DNA of 64,000 nt from Eledone cirrhosa (Eukaryota): positions 351,292,001-351,356,000 of the forward strand of contig OZ024741.1 in assembly GCA_964016885.1 (NCBI GenBank), in the 5' to 3' direction. This document shows positions 12,605-23,980 of the stretch, one piece after another (the first letter of the stretch is position 1; each line of letters begins with the position of its first letter). Made by a program: the position numbers and the translations under genes. A model generated the notes under the pieces. That model saw only the letters and a list, made by a program, of their open reading frames with translations. It was not told where the DNA came from and did no database searches.

Positions 12605-15600
12605 TTTCTTTTATTTGCCACTAGGGCATCAAAAGTGGGACAAGTACAAAGGGGGGAGTTTACACAAAAAGGCGTCCTCAATAAGGAGGAGGCAATAACA
12701 AAATATAAAAATAAAATAAGATATAACAAAAAATAAAATTTTTAACAAAATCCTCAATAGAGAGGAGGCGCCTTGGGGGGTCGCACACACCCCGAAAAAA
12801 GTGTGCAACCCTTTTCCTCAGGAGCACAGAGAGGGGGTGCTCCCTCGTTCCTTCCTCTTCTCCACCTACAGGCTTATGTAAAGAGAAGGCCCATTCACAC
12901 GGGCCATTCTCGCCACTTTCACCCACCTTTCATAAAAACGACTGGGGTGCAGCACCTCTCTCTCCATCCTGATCCTTCTTCCGAAATGATATCGGAAGAA
13001 ACGGACCAGTTGTTGGCCAGAGACCTCAGTCCTTTCAGACGCGTCCACCACACAACCTCTTTCGCCATGGCTATTACGCACAGAAACACCGCCTCTGCTT
13101 CATCTTTGAAGGGGGGAGGTGGCTTGATCATTACAATAGACTCGGTGGTCAACCGGATCGGTCCCACCCCTGACAGCAGTTGTTCGACATAGCCCCACAG
13201 ATCGGCTACGCCCGAGCAGTGTACCAATGCGTGTGCAACGGTTTCCTCGTCGCACACGCATCTGGGACAGATCTTTTTGGCGGGGTCCCTACCCGGGCGC
13301 CCGTGTCTGTAGAGCCTTTCTCGAACAGGTAAAGCCCCTCGGTAGCACTGCCAGGCCAGGGACCTCTGGAAGTTGTCCATAGGTCCCGGGCTGAATGTCC
13401 TACCGAACAGGCTGGCCAGTTCGTCCTCCTCCATGTCTAGGGCTTCTCCGAGGGCGTCGTCGCACCTGCTGCGTACCAGCCCTCTATAGAATGTTGCGGT
13501 GGAGTCTCCACTGATAACCGGATCCGCCTGCCAGAGGGCGGTGAGCGCCTGGGCACACTCAGTGTGCCAGGCGCCCAGTTTTCTCGGTCTTTGCTTGACC
13601 CAGGATTGCAGCTCGGTGAGTGAGACGAGTCTGGGAAAGGTTCGTCTCACAAACGAGGCCCACACCGGTTGTCCGGTGAGGAATACGTAGAGGTGCCGTA
13701 GCCTTAATGCGTGTTTACGCATCATTAGCCACGGCATCCCCAGCCCTCCTTTCGAAGGGTGTTGACAGCAGATGGATCTCCTCACCATAGGAGCCCGCCC
13801 CTTCCAAAGGAATTGGAAGAGCGCGCGCTCCATCTTGGTGAGGGTTTCCCTTGGGCAGGGCACTACGGTCAGGCGGTAGTAGATGACGGACGCTATATAA
13901 GTGTTCGCCACCTCCGCCCGACCTTTCAGGGATTGTTTGCAACTGGCCCACTTCTGGGTCAGTGCAAACACCCTGTTCGTAACCTCCGCCCAGTTTTTCT
14001 CCACCTGGAGGTCCGGTCCGAACCAGACCCCGAGCAACTTCACCGGGCCCTCCGTCCAGCGTCCGACGACGCCATCGGAGGGCATCGGTCTGCCCCTCCA
14101 CGTGCCGAGTTGCAAACCGATCGACTTGTCCCGGTTCAGCTTAGCCCCTGTGAACTTTTCGTACTCCTCCAGTAAGGTGCCGACCGCCTCGATTTCGGAG
14201 GCCGTCGACACCATTACTGTCACATCATCGGCGTAGGCTGACACCGCTTTCCGCAATCCCGGTTCCAAAGGGATGCCCTGCAACAACTCCAACTTCCGCA
14301 GTAGTGGCTCGAGAGTCAACACATACAGAAGGGAGGAGAGAGGGCACCCTTGTCGGATGGACCGCGCGATTTTGAACGGCTCCGAGAGGTAGCCGTTCAC
14401 CTTGACCCTAGAGCAGATGCGGCTGCTGTGCATAGCAGTGATCCAGCCCCTGAAAACGGGTCCGAAGCCTGCCGCCGCTAGCACCGCATCCAGGTAACCA
14501 TGGTCGACCCTATCGAACGCCTTAGATTGATCCAAGTTGATCAGAGCCCCACCAAAGCCGGGTTCGTTCCCAACCCTCTCTATGATGTATCGCATGAGGT
14601 GGAGGTTGTCATGGATGGACCTGGACGGGATAGCGCATGTCTGCGCATCTCCCACCAGGTTGCCCACGACAAGCGCCAACCTCTTTGCTAGCACCTTGGC
14701 CAAAATCTGTAACTCTGTATTTAGCAGAGTTATGGGCCTGAAGTTACTTATTTCGTCCCCCTTGTTCTCGTCCTTCCTCACTAGCGTGACTACGCCCTTG
14801 GTCACAGTACAGGGAATTCTCCCGTTCTGTTGCCAGTTGCAGTAGACCGCCTCGAGGAGATCGGGGAACAAGTCCGGCATAGCTAGATATAATTCGTAAG
14901 GAAGACCATCGAGACCCGGGGATTTGCGTTTGCCGCATTGGCCCAGCACGTCCTCTATCTCAGCGGCCGAAATCGGCTCCTCGCAAGACTTCGCCTCCCT
15001 GTCCGAGAGGCGCGGCAGGCCGTCGAGGTATGGACCGAAGTCCACGTTTCCAACCGGCTCCCCGCCCCTCCCGAACAGTCGGGCAAAGTGCCTTTGAAAG
15101 GCCTCACACATCTGCTTAGGCTCAAGAATCGCCCGTCCATCTAGGTCTCGCAAAGACCGGATGGTGGATTTAGTTCCACTGTTGGCCTCTGTCACGCGGG
15201 CCCAGCTAACAGCTTTGGCCCCCTCGTTCCCTAGAGCACGTATTTTACTTCGGACAACGCAGCCTTCGTGCTTCGCGTCGAAAAACTGGCTCAAAGCCGT
15301 TCTCGACGCTAGCACTCTGGCCACGTCGCCGCTTCTAATTGCCTCTTCTACTCTATCTATTAGCTCCCTTTCCTTCCTATTCCTATCCGCAGCTAGAACC
15401 TTACTAAATTCAATCGAGACTACTCTAATCTCTCTCTTTAGAGATACCCACCACCTGCTGTTGACGATCGCTCCAGTCAACCGTTCCTTAACTAACGTAC
15501 TAATCCGATTCCTGTAGGCTCTACTTGCCGGCAAGGACAAGTTGAGCTTCCAGTAACCGGGGCCCTGTCTATGCGTTCTATCAAGGTTGACCATGCAGGT

Positions 15601-16486
15601 CACCAACTTGTGGTCTGAATAGCCAACCATGAGCATTTCTGGACAACTTAAAAAGTCCCTGTCCTTATTTCTAACTAAAAATCTATCTAGGTACGATCTA
15701 GATGATCCGCTGCGATTTGACCAAGACCAGGTTGGCACCGTCGGAAAATCTAGTCGAAATCTATCGGCCAGGTCAAATCGGCCGAGTAACCCCTTGAGGC
15801 TGTTGCACCCCTCTCTATCGGGACATGCCCCTGCATAGTCCCAACGTGCATCCAGGATACCATTCCAATCCCCCACTAAAAGCAGGGAACGGGACGTCCC
15901 TAGAAAAGACTCCAGACGCTGGAAAAAGTCGGGCCGCTCTGTCCCAAAAGGGGCATATGCGGCTATCAGCCTAAGGGCTCTACCTTCACCACTGCCAAGG
16001 TCCAGCACCACCAGTCGACCCCCTGGGTCCAAGTGAACTATCTGTGTTGCAAGGCCCATATGTTTTTGCAGCAGAACGACAACCCCACCCCCACCTCCGG
16101 GCTGACAGAGAGATGCGTGCATCTCAAAGTCGTCAAAGGTGGGGGCTAGCTGTCGCATGCTGCTGATCCGGGCCTCGCAGATAACCATCACATTTATAGA
16201 TTGTGACCTGAGGTCATTTAGAAGCATTGCTTGCTTCCAAGACGAGCCCAGGCCACGCGCATTTAGACACCCTACTCTTAGCACAGCCATGTTGGTGGTA
16301 AAGAGAAAAGGCACTTACCTCTCTGCGTCCCGGGAAACGGGCCGCTCAATTTCCATGCTGGTTGGGGATGGGTTGTTGGGTGGGGTGGTGGTTTGTGGAA
16401 GTGAGGGGGCATAGGTGTGTTGTGGGGTTGGGGTGTTTGTCGTTGAGTGGGTGTCTGGGTGGGGTGGGGGGGGGGGGGGGGGGGTG

Positions 16487-16487
<1 letters not shown>
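12605..16487 (-). mobile_element. L1/Tx1-clade LINE, 5'-truncated within ORF1
   Basis: 3'UTR ending aataaaagaaac next to (TCTA)n; near-complete ORF2; C-terminal remnant of ORF1 (...SMEIERPVSRDAER*) ending ~16316. Confidence 0.92.
12866..16290 (-). CDS. LINE ORF2: APE endonuclease + reverse transcriptase + zinc finger, with one frameshift near the C-terminus
   Basis: MAVLRVGCLNARGL, GDWN, YLDRFL, SDH, KSPGLDGL, FRPITLLN, DQSKAFDRV, IRQGCPLS, AYADDV, CPRC...HALVHC. The last ~50 aa lie in a second frame (12866-13025), by comparison with 24776-25237. Confidence 0.9.
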
Positions 16488-16525
<38 letters not shown>

Positions 16526-16527
<2 letters not shown>

Positions 16528-16563
16528 TTCTTTTATTTGCCACTAGGGCATCAAAAGTGGGAC

Positions 16564-16566
<3 letters not shown>
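16526..16566 (-). mobile_element. ~40-bp 3' stub of the same LINE family within (GATA)n
   Basis: tttcttttatttgccactagggcatcaaaagtgggacaag is identical to 12605-12644. Confidence 0.85.
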
Positions 16567-16647
<81 letters not shown>

Positions 16648-16679
16648 GAGAGGGGGGAGAGAGAGAGGATACATATACA

Positions 16680-16985
16680 TATGATGGCTCCCCCCTCGTT
16701 ATCGAGTATGACCATTGCACGATATACCATTATTAATAATTATCAATTAATGCTATCGTGCAATGCCTGTGCGTGAAGATTTGTTTTAACGTGAGGAAAG
16801 ACTGTGCACTGAGCCAATCCCACTCTCTGAGTGACAGTAGCTATAACCCGAAAAGAAAAAAAGATCAACATCATCGGTAACTACTGAGCCGCAGGTTTTA
16901 CGTCGGAGTTATCTCAATTTCCTAGAAGAATGCCCTGACAAAGGCTAGGGGTCCTTCACTCCCGGTGGTTTAACCGCGCGATCGG
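16680..16985 (-). mobile_element. Short RTE-related non-autonomous element
   Basis: Homologous to 1420-1580 (gccaatcccactctct...tcaacatcatcgg...cctagaagaatgccctgacaaaggctaggggtc). Confidence 0.45.
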
Positions 16986-17074
16986 GTATCCAGCCCGACT
17001 ATTTCTATGTCCTCGCGCATATATATATACACATATATATACACACACACATATATATATACACACACATATAC

Positions 17075-17199
17075 ATATGAAAATAGTCAGGAGCCAGGCA
17101 GCTGAGCTCCGGTCGTTTCGACAGCTAGACCCGAACTGTTCGGATCTAGCTGTAGAAACGGCCGGAGTTCAGTCGTCGGGGTTCTGACTCTTTTCATAT
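17075..17199. repeat. Imperfect palindrome (~62-bp arms, centre 17137)
   Basis: atatgaaaatagtcaggagcc...cagctagacccgaac-t-gttcggatctagctg...ggttctgactcttttcatat. Confidence 0.85.
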
Positions 17200-18167
17200 T
17201 ACCCACTCTACTACCCAAAGTATTGAGTACTCTGGTGCGTTACGGTCCACCTGGTATCTTACCACACTTTCTATGTATATATATATATATATATATATTC
17301 CATTCCTGTTATAATAAGCTCACCAGAATCGATTAATTACAAATAAAATTTACTTTAGATGTCCATAAATTATAGTAGAAGTGTAAAAAGTACAAGCAAT
17401 TGAAATACTGTTGGGAAAACGTCAAGATTTTATGGATGCCTAAAGACGTAATCAAAATTTAACAGTGATAAAAAATATAACGTTCAATAACTAAAGATAT
17501 ACTAATTATAATACACTGACACACATACTACTCACCAAATTAGAGTTGTAGGTAAATAACTAGAACATTTATTAATAATACTTATTGACTGAAATTATGA
17601 AATTAATATTAAAAGAATATATTAGGAAAAAAAACAATAAAAAATGATGGATGTACAATTCAGTAATAAATACTGTATATCTATAATTAAGTGAAGGTTT
17701 AGTTATTAAGAGACTTATAAAATGGGACATTATTAATTCTGAAAACCTTATGGCGGCGGTCAAACTAAGTGCAATCTTTGTCTGACAGAAGCGTTTGAAA
17801 TTATTGCTTCTAAAATTATCGTTCTTAACTCTAGAAATGAGATAATACCTTTTCGTACACAGAGAACTTTCCACTGTTTCGTTTACAAAATCCCGACCCT
17901 TATTGAATATACCTATTTACTTTCCTGCTTAGGTATTTAAAACACCTTGAATGGTAGTCTCATATATCCTTTATACCCTACCATATTTATGTATATGCAG
18001 CTATGTATGAATGTATGTGCGTATGTGTTTTTTATATATGTGTATGTATATATATATGTGTGGGAGTGTATATGAGTATATGGCTGACCAGGAGCTAAAC
18101 ACCACCACCACCACCACCACCACCACCACCAAACAATATCAAAACAAAAGGAAACATTGTTGCTTAC

Positions 18168-18443
18168 CAAGTGTCGACCTGTAAGAAGTTGACTGCGAGA
18201 CGGTGTACATGTCGGCTGTACATAATAATTATCCAGTTTAATGCCGTTGTTAGCCAGCTTGTTCAAATTAGGCGATATAATATCAGGGTTGTGGTAACCT
18301 ATGTCATCCCAGCCCAGATCATCAACGAGTACAAATACAATATTTGGTTTCACTGGGCGTTTGTAATACCTTCGTCTCGTGTAACTGGAAGCTAGCCACA
18401 AGTGGCACAGAAACACGACAACCGTAAAGACAACACCATTAAG
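18168..18443 (-). CDS. ARSB: Arylsulfatase B-like coding exon (hydrophobic N-region + catalytic motif)
   Basis: 276-nt phase 0-0 exon between acceptor ttcttttctag and donor gtaagc; encodes LNGVVFTVVVFLCHLWLASS...KPNIVFVLVDDLGWDDIGYHNPDIISPNLNKLANNGIKLDNYYVQPTCTPSRSQLLTGRHL (CxPxR sulfatase signature). Orthology within the ARSB/I/J family is not resolved. Confidence 0.88.
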
Positions 18444-19078
18444 CTAGAAAAGAAGATAAAAACAATACATTAACTCTGAGCGTTCTGTACCTCACGAAAG
18501 CGCATTAACAAACATTCGAATTAGACATTTGCCAGTATTTAAAGGAAAAAAAAAATTTTTGTTCATAGGAAATAATGCTTTTTTAATAATTTTTACGCAC
18601 CATATTTTCTTTATATGTATATAAATTTTTATAAAAAAAACCTTAGATGCTCTTTCTTTCGCCCGTATACACACATATACGACTCTTTGAGGGACACACG
18701 CACACACATATACAACATCGTCTGGCGAGCAGAAATGTAACAGAAACATTTAGATGTTTTATTAGTTCAAGCTAGTTTCAACATTCAAAATGTGAGTGGT
18801 ATATGTGTTGTGTTCTGGCTCACATATTTTATTTGTCAACATAACCGTCATCATCATGATATTACAAATAAAAAGAGAAAAAAAGAAAGAAAAGGGAAAG
18901 GAAAAAAAAACCGAAACACACACACACGCACGCACACGCACGCACACACATACACACACAAGCAGGTAATACACACGTCTAGGATCACATACAACAAAAG
19001 GCAGGCGAAAGGGGTGGACAAACGAACCGCTGCCAGAACAAAAGATAACCATATCGCGAGAAGCACTGGAAAACCTCT

Positions 19079-19340
19079 CTAATAATTTTTGAGGCAAGCC
19101 AGTGCGCTCGCAGCGTTACCTCGGTTGATGGCGAGGCTGATGCGCTGGAATACCCAAGCGCCTTCACAAGCATCACCAGTTATTTCGGTTAGGCGAGTCG
19201 CCAATGTAGTCGAGAACCTCGAAGTTAGCAGCCCAATTCCCCCAAACGTCTCGAACGTCACAGGTTGGAAAAGGTAGTTAACCGACAGATCTCGGTATTT
19301 CAGAATTTTATTCCGTTCAGATACTGAAGCTGTGGTAACT
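19079..19340 (-). mobile_element. CRE-clade non-LTR retrotransposon 3' fragment
   Basis: KYRDL...FQPVTFETFGGIG...WVFQRISLAINRGNAASAL, the RLE C-terminal motif. Confidence 0.75.
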
Positions 19341-19479
19341 TGTGGCAAAGATTTCATATTTTCTATTTGTGCCATTTTATTTAATTTAACTCTAACGCTT
19401 GGAGAAGGTATTAACATCACATTGATCGTGTGGCCCTGGACTTTAATTTATGGAATAGTTTCAATAATGAGTGTTCTGG

Positions 19480-19710
19480 TTGTTCGATCGGTGGAACAGC
19501 CTGCTCGTGAAATTAACGTACTAGTGAATGAGCATTCTACAGATAGGTGTTCTCTTAATGTGATTCTTACGGAGATTCAGTGTAACACAGTATGAGACGA
19601 GGTTGGCACTTTGAATTACAGGTTCAGTCATTCTGACGGGTTTTCAAACTGCTTTCGAGACCTCAGGTTTGTGAAGCAAATTTCTTAACCACTCAACCAT
19701 ATTTGCGTAT
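19480..19710 (-). mobile_element. Degenerate SINE (family B)
   Basis: Similar to 49270-49585 and 30910-31240. Confidence 0.5.
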
Positions 19711-20156
19711 GGTGTACATATAAAGGTAAGTTAAAGAAAAATAATGCATATATTTTTGTTTATGACCGTCCCTCTCTTGAAGATTAAACGAGAGAGAAAA
19801 AAATAGCGTCTAAGAATGGCAACGAACGGAAGGCATTTCTTAAAAGGTCAGACACAATCTTGGTATGCTTATATGTTAGATTATTTTTTATCTATATATC
19901 TAAAACAGAGAATGTCTGTCTGTCTGACTCCCTAAAACTCGAGAACCACCTAACCGATTGTTTTCAAACTTTACACATGTAATACTTATGGTCCTATGAG
20001 TGTTTTGAGCAAAACAATTTCAAATTTTCAATGCCCTAGGGACCGCATTAGGCGATTTAGCGATCTCTCTCTATAATTCTTAGTCTTTCTTTTTAGATAG
20101 ATACATAGATATAACGTTGCGCCCTTATAATATGTCTGTATGTCTGCATTATGACG

Positions 20157-20193
<37 letters not shown>

Positions 20194-20222
20194 AAAGAAT
20201 AGAGGTGTAACACACAAGTTAT

Positions 20223-20608
20223 TATATATTGGTAAACGGAATAGAAAATGCTGACAAATTGTTCACAGTTGAAAAATGGTTTAATTAGGAATAAAAGAGT
20301 ATTAGTGATTGTATGGGTTAGTATTCAGTTGTGGTTTTAAGTTTTTAAGTTTTTACCGGTTGCGCATTTCTAAATGCTTTTCAAAAATAATTTTGAGATA
20401 GAGTGTCCGTGCTGTTTGCTCAGATCAGAGCAAACAGCACGGACACTCTATCTCAAAATTATTTTTGAAAAGCATTTAGAAATGCAAAACCGGTAAAAAC
20501 TTAAAACCACAACTGAATACTAACCCATACAATCACTAATACTCTTTTATTCCTAATTAAACCATTTTTCAACTGTGAACAATTTGTCAGCATTTTCTAT
20601 TCCGTTTA

Positions 20609-20616
<8 letters not shown>
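20223..20616. repeat. Near-perfect long palindrome (~190-bp arms, 6-nt loop 20422-20427)
   Basis: ttggtaaacggaatagaaaatgctgac...gtgctgtttgctc-agatca-gagcaaacagcac...gtcagcattttctattccgtttaccaa. Confidence 0.95.
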
Positions 20617-20706
<90 letters not shown>

Positions 20707-20779
20707 CGTGTATATATATATATAGTGTGTAACGTTTTTCGAAATATTTACTTCTACGTTCACAGATTGATTTTTTTAG

Positions 20780-20815
20780 TTTCAGAAGATCCCGTTAAGG
20801 GTGAAAGCAGCGATT
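20780..20815 (+). ncRNA. Decayed HHR-like motif
   Basis: CAGAAGA-tccc-gttaa-gggt-GAAA; U4 mutated and stems I/III poor. Confidence 0.3.
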
Positions 20816-20839
20816 CTTTGTTTAAGCTTTAATCTGTTA

Positions 20840-20915
<76 letters not shown>

Positions 20916-21199
20916 TATATTCGTGTACAGATATTTTTGCATACACAATAACAAAATATAAACAAACGTATTTATTTCACGAGGCTCGATAAGGATAAAT
21001 ATATATCAAATACATAAGAACCCTAGAGCAAATCCCGAGCAACGCCAGGCCATTCTGCTAGTATATTATAATTTGTCTGAAACTGCTGTTGCTGTCTCTT
21101 TACATTACATAAAGAAGAAACGTTGTTGTTATTGTGTGCAATACATTATGTCTGTCCGTCTGTCTCTCTGAACACAAAAGAATGCACACACACACCGCA

Positions 21200-21240
21200 C
21201 ACATATATATATATTTACACGCACTCACATATACACATAC

Positions 21241-21271
<31 letters not shown>

Positions 21272-21659
21272 TGTATGTATGTATGTATGTATGTATGTAT
21301 GTATGTATGTGCATATATATATGTATATATATATATATGTATATATATATATGTATGTATATATATATGTATGTATATATATATATATGTATGTATATAT
21401 ATATGTATATATATATATATGTATGTATATATATATGTATATATATATATATGTATGTATATATGTATGTATATATATATGTATGTATATATATATGTAT
21501 ATATATATGTATGTATATATGTATGTATATATATATGTATGTATATATATATGTATATATATATGTATGTATATATGTATGTATATATATATATATGTAT
21601 ATATATATGTATGTATATAAGTATGTATATATGTATGTATATATATATATATGTATATA

Positions 21660-21702
<43 letters not shown>

Positions 21703-21905
21703 GTATATATATATGTATGTATATATATATGTATATGTATATATATATGTATATATATATATATGTATATATATATGTATGTATATATATATGTATATAT
21801 ATATATGTATATATATGTATATATATATATATGTATTTATATATATGTATTTATATATATGTATATGTATATATATGTATATATATATATATGTATATAT
21901 ATATG

Positions 21906-21970
<65 letters not shown>

Positions 21971-21973
21971 GTG

Positions 21974-22006
<33 letters not shown>

Positions 22007-22055
22007 GTGTATATATATATATATGTGTATATATATATATATGTGTATATATATA

Positions 22056-22110
<55 letters not shown>
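21200..22110. repeat. Compound (TA)n/(TATG)n microsatellite flanked by ~95-bp inverted repeats
   Basis: Arms at 21107-21200 and 22230-22316 (acataaagaagaaacgtt...tgtctctctgaacacaa). Confidence 0.9.
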
Positions 22111-22112
<2 letters not shown>

Positions 22113-22165
22113 GAAAACAGGGAGAAAGAGACGCTTATGAGGAAGAAAAATTTTTTTTTTTTTCT

Positions 22166-22197
<32 letters not shown>

Positions 22198-22505
22198 CAC
22201 ACATATGTATAATATAATCTGTATCTGCGCGTGTGTGTATGTGTGCCTTCTATTGTGTTCAGAGAGACAGACAGACATAATATATTGCTCACAACAATAA
22301 CGTTTCTTCTTTATGTGATATACATACATATATACGTAGATAGAAAGATCCATGCACACACACTCTTGTATATCTTGTAGTCTTTAATTTCCTGTTTACT
22401 GTTTCTATGTGGTACAACTGTCTGGCTTGGTAGACAAACACTTTGTAGACAAACATCGTTGGAGAATTCCAGCAGAAATTAATGAGAATACATACAGAAA
22501 TGATA

Positions 22506-22540
<35 letters not shown>

Positions 22541-22568
22541 ATATAGTGATGATAATAGTGATGATGAG

Positions 22569-22606
<38 letters not shown>

Positions 22607-23980
22607 TTTCATTTATTGGCCACAAGGGCCGACATATAGGGGACAATACAATAAACAGGGACTGTTGGGGTTTACAATAAAATCAAGTTAAAAACAAATG
22701 AACAAATAACAATAAACAAAAGAAGTAGAGTAGTGAAAATTCCCTAAAATTTGGGACAACCTCACCAATCTTGATTCACTCAAATCTCCAAAAGCAACCG
22801 AAGAGGGCACCCCTCTCCTATTCAAATCAACCAACCTACAGGAATATGGTCAGAATAGACCCATTCACACGGGTCATCCTTGCAACATTCACTCACCTTT
22901 TAACAAATGTATTGGGGTGCAGCAATTCTCTCTCTACCCTCACCTTCCTTTCAATTTGAAAAAGTAGATGAGGGATTTGCACCCTTGACGGACCGATCGG
23001 GAGATCTGAAACGGTTTCGAATGATGGCCATCAACTTTGACCACCGAGCAGATGCTGCTATGCATTGCAGCGATAACAGTCCCTGAAGACGGGACCGAAA
23101 CCAGCTGCCTTGAGGACAGCCTCCAGGTATCGATTGTCGACCCTATCGAAAGTTTTCGATTGATCTAAATTGATCAGAGCCTCACCGAAGCTAGGTTTAC
23201 ACCCTACCCTCTCTTTAATGTATCGCATGAGGTGGAGGTTGTCATGTACAGACCTGGTCAGGATTGCGCAAGTTTGCGCTTCCCCTACCAAACTCTCGAT
23301 GACAAGCGCCAACCTCTTCGCTAACACCTTGGCCAAAATCTTAAACACTGTGTTCAGCAGAGTTATGGGCCTGATATTGTCTAACATATCCTTCTTGTTC
23401 TCGTCTTTCCTTATCAATCTCACTATGCCCCGGCTCGCAGAACTGTTGATGATGACTGCCTCCTGTCAATTGCTTGACTAAATTGTTGATCCGGTCCCTG
23501 TAAACTTTGCGTGTCGGGAACAATATGTTCAGCTTCCAGTTACCAGGTCCTAACCTGGGTTTTCTATCTAGGTCGACTATTCAGATCACAAATTTGATAT
23601 CTGAATAGGCGACCGTTTGAAAATGTGGACAATCTATGCTACTCTGATCTACTGACCGAGTGAAAATCCTATCTATATACGATCTAAATGACCCTATGTG
23701 GTTGGTCCAGGTACACACTGGCGCATTAGGGAAATCTAGTCGGTACCTGTCAGACAGTTGGAACTGACTGATTAGGCACTTGAGGCTTTTGTATCCCCTG
23801 CTCCTATCAGCTACTCCCACGCAATCCCAGTGTGCGTCTAAGATGCCATTCCAGTCTCCCACTAACACTAAATGGCGAGACGTTCCCGGAAAGGCTTCCA
23901 GATGCCTGAAGAAATCCGGCCTTCCCGCCACCAGTCTAAAAGCACCACCATCGCTGTTGCTCACGTTCAGAACCACCAAT
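22607..23980 (-). mobile_element. Degenerate, internally deleted L1/Tx1-type LINE fragments
   Basis: EN part (GDWNGILD, YIDRIF, YSD) 23480-23979; RT part (IRPITLLN, DQSKTFDRV) 22980-23423; C-terminus and 3'UTR 22607-22980 ending at (TAA)n. Confidence 0.85.

Larger units (their letters stand above)
19891..21061 (+). mobile_element. Non-autonomous Helitron-like element, interrupted by a palindromic insert
   Basis: A|TCTATATAT 5' end, (TGTC)n, 3' subterminal hairpin-like cccgagcaacgccagg, then CTAG|T. Confidence 0.7.

Noticed and set aside
13499-16414. Several plus-strand and alternate-frame ORFs over the LINE and Penelope regions
   Set aside because: Antisense shadows of GC-rich retroelement ORFs with no recognisable motifs
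18854-19066. Hydrophobic minus-strand ORF as a possible sulfatase first exon
   Set aside because: No ATG at its start, runs into GT repeats, lies just 3' of a CRE fragment, and has no convincing donor
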